Positions 57,922-64,000 of a stretch of 64,000 nucleotides of DNA are shown here, one piece after another; the first letter of the stretch is position 1; each line of letters begins with the position of its first letter. Below the pieces are notes generated by a model. That model was not told the origin of the DNA. It did no database searches and saw only the letters and a program-made list of their open reading frames with translations. Position numbers and translations under genes: made by a program. The stretch comes from an uncultured Chloroflexia bacterium (GTDB taxonomy: Bacteria > Chloroflexota > Limnocylindria > Limnocylindrales > CSP1-4). The DNA lies in contig CAWEJO010000007.1 in the NCBI GenBank assembly GCA_963809375.1, forward strand, positions 108,048 to 172,047, written 5' to 3'.

Positions 57922-58866
57922 TCAGCTGTCCGCGATCCAGCGGGCCGCGAGCCGCGGGCCGTGCCGCGGCACCGCGATGCGGCCGGCCTCGATGAGGCGG
58001 ATCACGCGCCCCCGCTGGCCCGCGAACGGGGCCAGCAGCTCGAGCATCCGCTCGTCCGTCCCGCGCTCCTCGCCGGCCAGGGCGAACGTCACGACGGACG
58101 GCAGGTGGTAGTCGCCGACGCTCACCGCGTCGGGGTCGCCGAATGCTCGAAGCCCAACCTCGGCGGCGGTCCACGGCCCGACCAGCGGCACGGCGCGCAG
58201 CCGGGCATACGCGTCGGGCAGGGCCATGGCCGTGCACTCCTCGAGCCGGCCCGCGCGGGCGGCCGCAAACCGGATCGCGTCGGCGCGCCGTCGCTCGAGA
58301 CCGAGCGGATGGTAGGCGTAGCCGGGCAGGCCTGCGAGCGTCGCGGGCCCGGGCGGGACCCTGAGTGGCGCGACCCGCCCCGACCCGGTCCACGGTCCGG
58401 GCGCCGGCTCGCCATGGCGGCGGGCGAGCAGTACCAGGGCATGCCGCGCCTCCTCGCCGGTCACCTTCTGCTCGCAGATCGCAGGGACCAGCGCCTCGAG
58501 CACGCGGTCTGTTCGCCCGATGCGAAGGCCGGGCAGCCGGCGCGCAAGGTCGCGCAGCAGCGGGACGTCCGCGATCATGGCGTCGAACTCCCCGCGGTCG
58601 TCGAGCCCGCCGAGCAGGGCAGGCGCCTGCTCGACAGCCCAGGCCGCGCCCGGGCCCCAGGCGTCGACCCGAATGCGGGATGTCCCGTCCGGGCGCAGCC
58701 AGGCCGTCACCGGTCCCTCGGGCGTGCGAGTCGCGCGCCACGCCGATCCGTCGCTCGAGAATCGCAGGGCCAGGTCCTCGCGGCCGCGACCGTGCACGCC
58801 CAGCACGAGCCGAAGGTCGACCTGGCCAGGCAGGTCGACGGTGCGGCGGGTCGGCTCGGTCGTCAC
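57922..58866 (-). CDS. HhH-GPD DNA glycosylase (AlkA-like 3-methyladenine glycosylase II)
   Basis: GTG at 58866 overlaps the upstream gene's stop (GTGA). Has the helix-hairpin-helix LRAVPLVGPWTAAEV followed by the catalytic-Asp context VSVGDYHL. Confidence 0.7.
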   Translation of the reverse strand: MTTEPTRRTVDLPGQVDLRLVLGVHGRGREDLALRFSSDGSAWRATRTPEGPVTAWLRPDGTSRIRVDAWGPGAAWAVEQAPALLGGLDDRGEFDAMIADVPLLRDLARRLPGLRIGRTDRVLEALVPAICEQKVTGEEARHALVLLARRHGEPAPGPWTGSGRVAPLRVPPGPATLAGLPGYAYHPLGLERRRADAIRFAAARAGRLEECTAMALPDAYARLRAVPLVGPWTAAEVGLRAFGDPDAVSVGDYHLPSVVTFALAGEERGTDERMLELLAPFAGQRGRVIRLIEAGRIAVPRHGPRLAARWIADS

Positions 58867-59882
58867 CCGGCTCCCGGCGATGCGTCGCCGATCCGGACGA
58901 TCCAGCGACCCCGGGCCTGGCCGGCGAGGATCCCGTCGAGGGCGGTCGAGAGGCGGTCCAGGTCGACCTCGGTCAGGCCTTCGCCGAGGCCGTTCGGCCG
59001 GAGATCGGTGGCGAGGCGCTCCCAGGTCGCCCGCCGCTCGGCGATCGGCACCGGCACCGAGTTGATGCCGACCAGCGCCACGCCCCGCAGGATGAACGGA
59101 AAGACCGTCGTCGCGAACGGCGCGCCGCCGGCGTTGCCGCACGCGGCCAGCGTGCCGCCTGACGCGATGGTCCGGAGGGCCCACGGCAGGGTCGCTCCGC
59201 CGACCGTGTCGACGACGCCCGCCCAGCGTTCCGATTCCAGCGGGCGGGGCGAATCTCCGGCGTCGTCGCGGGCGAGGATGCCGGCGGCGCCGAGGCCCCG
59301 GAGCCGGCTCGCTTCGTCCGGCTTGCCCGTCAACGCCCAGGTCTCGTGGCCGCGCGCCGCCAGGATCCCGACGGCGACCGTCCCCACGCCGCCCGAGGCG
59401 CCGGTCACGAGCACGGGTCCGCGGCCGGGAGCGAGGCCGCGCCGCTCCAGCTCGATCACCGCCAGGGCCGCCGTGAAGCCGGCCGTGCCGAGCGCCATCG
59501 AGAGGCGCGGCGTCAGCCCGGCCGGCAACGGCACGATCCAGGCCGCCGGCACTCGCTGGTACTCCGCGAAGCCGCCGTGGCGGCTGACGCCGAGTTCGTA
59601 CGCGTGGGCGATGACCTGCGAGCCGACCGGGACGTCTGGCGTCGTGCTTCCGACGACCTCCCCGGCGAGGTCGATCCCGGGGATCAGCGGGTCGATCCGG
59701 GCGACCCGGCCGTTCGCGATCGAGGCCAGGCCGTCCTTGTAGTTGACGCTCGACCAGGTGACCCGGATCTCGACCTCGCCCGGCGGGAGCTCCGCTTCGT
59801 CGAACGTCTGGACGCGCCGCCCGAAGGCGCCCGCGCCCTGCCCGGCGACGAAGGCGCGAAACGTGGCGGGGATCGCGGTCAT
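58863..59882 (-). CDS. MDR-family NADPH:quinone/enoate reductase (YhdH/AcuI-like)
   Basis: ATG at 59882 (MTAIPATF). VNYKDGLA and VTGASGGVGTVAV motifs typical of the YhdH subgroup. Confidence 0.8.
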   Translation of the reverse strand: MTAIPATFRAFVAGQGAGAFGRRVQTFDEAELPPGEVEIRVTWSSVNYKDGLASIANGRVARIDPLIPGIDLAGEVVGSTTPDVPVGSQVIAHAYELGVSRHGGFAEYQRVPAAWIVPLPAGLTPRLSMALGTAGFTAALAVIELERRGLAPGRGPVLVTGASGGVGTVAVGILAARGHETWALTGKPDEASRLRGLGAAGILARDDAGDSPRPLESERWAGVVDTVGGATLPWALRTIASGGTLAACGNAGGAPFATTVFPFILRGVALVGINSVPVPIAERRATWERLATDLRPNGLGEGLTEVDLDRLSTALDGILAGQARGRWIVRIGDASPGAG

Positions 59883-60392
59883 GGTCCGGCCTCGCAGTTC
59901 GGGAGATGGGCGTCCATCATGCCGCGTCCGACCATGCCGCTCCGCCACCGTCCGTCGGTCCCGGCGTGCTCGGTCCCCGGCGCGGTCGGCGGCCGACCCC
60001 GGCCGTCGGCGGTCACCCGGTCGCCGGCCCACCCCGGCCGCCAGCGCGGTCGGCGGCCCACCTCGGCCGGGCGGGCAGCGGCCGCCTCCTCAGGGTATCT
60101 CCCTAGCCCATTCGGCGAGTCGGTGACGGGGGGCACCGGTCGCCCGGTCCGGCGGCGCGCCGCGACCCCGGCTCCTATCGGAGGCCGCGTCCGCGCCTGT
60201 ATGGGACCAAGGTACGGCCGAACCCCCACCCGAGGTCCAGTAGATGGTCCCCGCCCGGTGGGATCGAATGAGGAGCAACGCCGAGGGGCGCAGACGCCCC
60301 ACCGCGCAGACGACAGCAGCCGGGCGAGACGGGCCCGGAACAATCCTCGGGAGCACCCGGGTACCGCCCGCGCACCCGCCGAAAGGGAGCAC

Positions 60393-60986
60393 ATGGACAA
60401 CGAGATCACCCAGCACACTCACCCTCGACGCCGGCGCCGCCTGGCCGCCCTGCTGCTGCTCTCCCTCGTGAGCGGCAGCGTCGGCGCAGGCGCGCTCTCG
60501 CTGGCGGTCTTCACCGACTCGCAGGCCTCGAGCGGCAACCTCTTCACCACGGGCACGGTCATCCTCGGCGTCGCCCCGGCGAATGCCGCGATGACGTCGA
60601 CGAACATGCTGCCCGGCGACACGGTCAACGGCTCGATCGTCGTCTCGAACACGGGCACCGCGACGCTCCGCTACGCGATGACGTCGGGCTGGACGAACCT
60701 CGACACCAAGAACCTCATGAACCAGATGACCCTGACCGTGAAGGCACCCGGAACGAGCTGCGCGCTGTTCGACGGCGCGACGCTCTACACGGGCACCGCC
60801 AACGGGGCCCTGTTCGGCAGCCCGCTGTCCGGCGGCCAGGCAGGCGATCGCACCCTCGCCTCGGGCGCCAACGAGACGCTCTGCTTCCGCGCCGAGCTCG
60901 CGCTCAACACGCCTGACGCGTACCAGAACGCGACCACCACCGGCACCTTCACGTTCGCGGCCGAGCAGACCGCCAACAACCCGTAG
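60393..60986 (+). CDS. TasA/camelysin (M73)-like secreted protein with a SipW-type signal peptide
   Basis: ATG at 60393 with AGGGAG upstream. The signal is RRRRRLAALLLLSLV...ALSLAVFTDSQASSGNLFTTGTV. Further matches are PGD.V.GSIVVSNTG and the C-terminal YQNATTTGTFTFAAEQTANN, which parallels the TasA pattern. Confidence 0.75.
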   Translation: MDNEITQHTHPRRRRRLAALLLLSLVSGSVGAGALSLAVFTDSQASSGNLFTTGTVILGVAPANAAMTSTNMLPGDTVNGSIVVSNTGTATLRYAMTSGWTNLDTKNLMNQMTLTVKAPGTSCALFDGATLYTGTANGALFGSPLSGGQAGDRTLASGANETLCFRAELALNTPDAYQNATTTGTFTFAAEQTANNP

Positions 60987-61073
60987 CTCGCCGTCCTGGC
61001 CCACGCTCCGCGGCTGGCCCACGTGTGGGTCGGCCGCGGTAGCCCATCTTCGGCTGGGAGCCCGCCCGAACCG

Positions 61074-61841
61074 ATGACCACCCTCCGCTGGACTCGCCGC
61101 GTGCTCGACGGCGTGCTGATCGCCGCGATCCTCTGCGTCGTCGCGATCGCCGCCATCACGCTGACGGCGCAGACCCTCGGCGGGCGCTCGCTGATCCTGG
61201 CGGGCGGCTCGATGGAGCCGACCATGCCGCGCGGCTCGTACGTGCTGGCGCTGCCGGTCGCCCCCGACGCCTACCAGGTCGGCGACGTCGTGACGGTCGC
61301 GAGTCCCGGGACGACGCCGTACACCCACCGAATCGTCCGGACGGTCTCCCTGCCGTCCGGCCTGCACGTCGAGACCAAGGGCGACGCGAACGCGGCGCCT
61401 GAGGCCGTCGTGATCCCCGTGGCCAACCTTGCCGGACGCGTCGTGATGGTGGTCCCCGTGCTCGGCTTGCTCGCCTCGGTGCTCTCGAATCCGGTCGGGC
61501 TGGCCGGCTTCCTGCTCCTGTGCGGGATGGTCCTGATCCTGATCTGGGTGATCGAGGAGATCGAGGAGCACGAGTGCCCGGCCTGCGCCGCCGCCCGTGG
61601 CGCGGCCGCTCGAGCCGCGCGCGCGAATGGCGCCGCATCGCCCGGAATGGCCGGGATCGCGACTGACGGATCGCCGCTTGCCCCGGCGCTTGCCCCCGCC
61701 GACGTCTCCGGGCTGCTCGCGGCCGGGCCCGGACTCGCCCTGGCCGCTGCAACCGCCGTGGGGACGGCCACCGGTCGCGACGGAGGTCCCGGCGAGGTCA
61801 CGGGCATCGCGGCGGGGTCCTCCCGCGAGGATGCGGCATGA
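61074..61841 (+). CDS. SipW-type (S26B) signal peptidase I with a long Ala/Gly-rich C-terminal tail
   Basis: ATG at 61074. It has an N-terminal TM helix, a catalytic-Ser box GGSMEPTM, a His box YTHRIV, TKGDAN, and a second TM helix. About 95 low-complexity residues follow. Confidence 0.8.
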   Translation: MTTLRWTRRVLDGVLIAAILCVVAIAAITLTAQTLGGRSLILAGGSMEPTMPRGSYVLALPVAPDAYQVGDVVTVASPGTTPYTHRIVRTVSLPSGLHVETKGDANAAPEAVVIPVANLAGRVVMVVPVLGLLASVLSNPVGLAGFLLLCGMVLILIWVIEEIEEHECPACAAARGAAARAARANGAASPGMAGIATDGSPLAPALAPADVSGLLAAGPGLALAAATAVGTATGRDGGPGEVTGIAAGSSREDAA

Positions 61842-62563
61842 GCCTCCGCAGGGCAGGCTCCAGGCGTGCCACCCGGCTCCGGGTCGCGCTGCTCGTCGCC
61901 CTGTCCACGCTCCTGTCGTTCTCGGCGACGAACATCACGCTTGCGACGTTCACCGCCTCGCGATCGGTCGGTGGCAACGCGTTCACGACCGGCACCTGGG
62001 CCAAGCGCTACTACCTGCACAACAACCCGAGCCCTCCGACCGGCAACACGACCACGCAGTTCTACGTGCCGATGAGCTCGACCCAGCCGACCGCCGGGAC
62101 GCTCTACAACTACGACACGAACTGCTCGGCGAACTCGCCCGGGCGCGACCTCCAGCGGACGAACCAGGGCATCTACGAGACGCGCGACTGCCGGATCGCC
62201 AACTGGGTCGCCGCGACGCTGATCGCGCCCCTGACGATCAACGGCGCCGCGCGCGTCGTCGTCTGGTCCGCGCCCCGCGCCTTCTCGACCTCGGCAACCG
62301 GCAACCTGACCGCCGGACTGGTCGACTACAACGTCGGCGCGGGGACGGTCTCGCTGATCACGAGCGTCGGCCTCACCCAGGCGAACTGGCAGGGCGGCTC
62401 GGGAACCTGGGTCCAGAAGACCCTCACGTTCCCGTCGGTGAGCTACGTCATCCCCGTCGGACATCGGCTCGAGCTGCGGATGACGGCCACGACGGCGGCA
62501 TCGCGAACGATGTGGGTCGCCTATGACACGGCGGCCTACCAGAGCTACCTGCAGCTGCCGTAG
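61838..62563 (+). CDS. Second secreted protein with a SipW-type signal peptide (possible accessory or minor fibre subunit)
   Basis: The start overlaps the peptidase stop (ATGA). The signal RLRVALLVALSTLLSFSATNITLATFTASRSVGGNAFTTGTW shares the (A/T)FT..S...GN.FTTGT motif with the first gene. Confidence 0.65.
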   Translation: MSLRRAGSRRATRLRVALLVALSTLLSFSATNITLATFTASRSVGGNAFTTGTWAKRYYLHNNPSPPTGNTTTQFYVPMSSTQPTAGTLYNYDTNCSANSPGRDLQRTNQGIYETRDCRIANWVAATLIAPLTINGAARVVVWSAPRAFSTSATGNLTAGLVDYNVGAGTVSLITSVGLTQANWQGGSGTWVQKTLTFPSVSYVIPVGHRLELRMTATTAASRTMWVAYDTAAYQSYLQLP

Positions 62564-62676
62564 CCCGGTGCGCGCGGCCCTCGCCGGGGCGCGTGGGTCG
62601 CCGCCGGGGGGCGGCCTGCAGCTGCCGTAGCTCGGTGGGCGCGCGGCCCTCGCCCGGGGCGCGTGGGTCGCCGCCG
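62548..62676. repeat. Tandem direct repeat (about 60 nt x2, period 67 nt) spanning the stop codon of the preceding gene
   Basis: CCTGCAGCTGCCGTAGC(C/T)CGGTG(G)GCGCGCGGCCCTCGCC(C)GGGGCGCGTGGGTCGCCGCCGG occurs at 62548-62607 and again at 62615-62676. Confidence 0.8.
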
Positions 62677-62694
62677 GCCGGGCGATCGTGCCCC

Positions 62695-63429
62695 TCAGCC
62701 TCGCAACGACCCGCCGGGCTTCCAGTCGTGGACCTCCACGTCACCGAGACCGCGCGCATCGAGCTCGGCGCGCAGCTCGACGGGCGTGCCGGCGAGGATC
62801 GGGAACGTCCCGAAATGGATCGGGGCGACCGCGTCGACGCCCAGGAGCTCGACCGCCAGGGCGGCTTCGCGGGGCCCCATCGTGTAGTGGCCGCCGATCG
62901 GCAGGAGCGCCAGGCTCGGCCGGTAGAGCTCGCCGATCACGCGCATGTCGCCGAACACGTTCGTGTCGCCGGCATGGTAGATCGTGTAGCCGTTCTCCAG
63001 CCGCACGACGAAGCCGGCCGGCTCGCCGAGGTAGAGCGTCGTCCCTGCGTCCTGGCTCCAGTCGCCGGCCGAGTGGTCCGCATGGACCATCGTGACCGCG
63101 ATCTCGCCGGCCGCGAAGGTTCCTCCCTTGTTCATGCCGACGACGGCGTCGCTCCCGCCCGACAGTCGCCGCGAGACCCACAGGCTGAGCTCGTGGATGG
63201 CCGGCCAGACGGGCCCGAAGCGGGCCGCGATGGCCAGCGCGTCGCCGAAATGATCGGCGTGCCCGTGCGTGACGAGGAGCAGGTCGCAGGCCTTCACGGA
63301 CGTCGCGGGCATGGGGCTCATCGGGTTGCCGAACCACGGGTCGATGAGCACCGTCTGGCCGCCCGGCGTGGCGATCTCCACGCACGCGTGACCGTACCAG
63401 GTGAGCGTCGTCTGACGGTCGAGTCCCAT
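62695..63429 (-). CDS. Metallo-beta-lactamase-fold hydrolase (UPF0173-like)
   Basis: ATG at 63429 with GGAGG 8 nt upstream. Motifs TWYGHACVEI, LLVTHGHADHFGD and YHAGDT. Confidence 0.8.
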   Translation of the reverse strand: MGLDRQTTLTWYGHACVEIATPGGQTVLIDPWFGNPMSPMPATSVKACDLLLVTHGHADHFGDALAIAARFGPVWPAIHELSLWVSRRLSGGSDAVVGMNKGGTFAAGEIAVTMVHADHSAGDWSQDAGTTLYLGEPAGFVVRLENGYTIYHAGDTNVFGDMRVIGELYRPSLALLPIGGHYTMGPREAALAVELLGVDAVAPIHFGTFPILAGTPVELRAELDARGLGDVEVHDWKPGGSLRG

Positions 63430-63601
63430 GCGTCGCACCTCCGTGTGCGCATGGTAGCCATGCCGCATGCGGGCGGGCATGGGGCGTCGCTGGTCGCGAC
63501 GGGCCGTCTCTGCGGACCGCTCCCCGGACGCGATCGACCGGGCGTCCGGCGCGCTCGTCCCGGCGGCGGCCCGCCAACGGGCTCCCGACTACACTTCGGC
63601 C

Positions 63602-63946
63602 GTGCCGTCCGAGCAGATCGCGCGCAATCTCGCATTCGTGAACTGGACCGTCCTGGCCGGGCTCGGCGTCGGCTCGATGGCGGCGGTCGTCCTGCTGCGC
63701 CTGCGCAGCGGCGCGACGAAGGGATTCCTCGGGTTCACCGCGTTGTGCGCGGCCGGGTTCGCCCTGCTCGCCTGGCTGTCCGATGGTGCGCTCCCGGCGG
63801 GCACCGCCGCGGGCTCGCCGGTCGCCGTCGACGCCGCGTGGGACGTGCCGCGTCGCGTCGCGCTGGCTCGCCTTCGGCATCGGGGCGCTCATCTCGTCCG
63901 ATCGCGATCTTCCGGGGTCGGCGCGCGGCGCTGCTGCTGGCGATGA
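63602..63946 (+). CDS. Possible membrane protein; frame unclear toward the window end
   Basis: From GTG 63602: VPSEQIARNLAFVNWTVLAGLGVGSMAAVVLL...FLGFTALCAAGFALLAWL. After about 63860, hydrophobic segments appear in other frames (WLAFGIGALI; ALLLAMTEVAGVTLLAAGAF), so the boundaries are unreliable. Confidence 0.25.
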   Translation: MPSEQIARNLAFVNWTVLAGLGVGSMAAVVLLRLRSGATKGFLGFTALCAAGFALLAWLSDGALPAGTAAGSPVAVDAAWDVPRRVALARLRHRGAHLVRSRSSGVGARRCCWR

Positions 63947-64000
63947 CCGAGGTCGCCGGCGTGACCCTGCTGGCCGCGGGCGCCTTCACCTGGGGCGGCT

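Noticed and set aside
59981-60068. A repeated motif, CGCGGTCGGCGGCC(G/C)ACC(CC/T)CGGCC, occurs twice about 64 nt apart in the spacer upstream of the TasA-like operon. It was considered as regulator binding sites or a riboswitch.
   Set aside because: The sequence is GC-rich and low-complexity, with no palindromic character and no recognisable RNA motif (no GEMM blocks). It cannot be distinguished from chance repetition in DNA this GC-rich.
63860-64000. Hydrophobic segments in three different frames at the window edge suggest either another frameshifted membrane gene or overlapping genes.
   Set aside because: The sequence is too short and truncated by the window end to decide. It is reported only as a low-confidence CDS.

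Overview
This is a very GC-rich window (about 70% by eye) that looks chromosomal and bacterial. The gene content suggests Actinomycetota: KorAB, an AtsA-like sulfatase, a MarP-like protease, and a Ser/Thr kinase with a PP2C phosphatase. Most of it is core metabolism. It holds korAB, a large branched-chain amino-acid set (ilvD and leuCD on the minus strand; ilvB-ilvN-ilvC-leuA-leuB-cimA plus pheA on the plus strand), fabD with two fabF paralogues, a copper P-type ATPase, many peptidases (M24, M14, M20, M28, S9, MarP-like), ogt, an alkA-like gene and an ECF sigma module. Many long ORFs in the six-frame track are antisense or out-of-frame artefacts of the GC content and are not called.

The most interesting locus is 36.2-38.0 kb on the minus strand. 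Two paralogous c-di-GMP-I (GEMM-I) riboswitch-like aptamers each precede a pair of small hydrophobic ORFs (29-50 aa) too short for the ORF track, and each pair ends at a strong hairpin. All four peptides share a C-terminal AG-x-RW-aromatic motif. They lie next to a (frameshifted) DUF5317-like membrane gene and a divergent GAF-GGDEF-EAL enzyme.

Other notable items:
- A TasA/camelysin-like, SipW-type signal peptidase operon.
- A radical-SAM sulfatase maturase with about 4 frameshifts beside an intact Cys-type arylsulfatase.
- A leader-peptide attenuator upstream of ilvB.
- A standalone LeuA regulatory-domain protein.
- CopA with an extra transmembrane helix and a cupredoxin-like C-terminal domain.
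- A CsoR-like operator at the copA start.

No rRNA, tRNA, CRISPR array or transposase was recognised.
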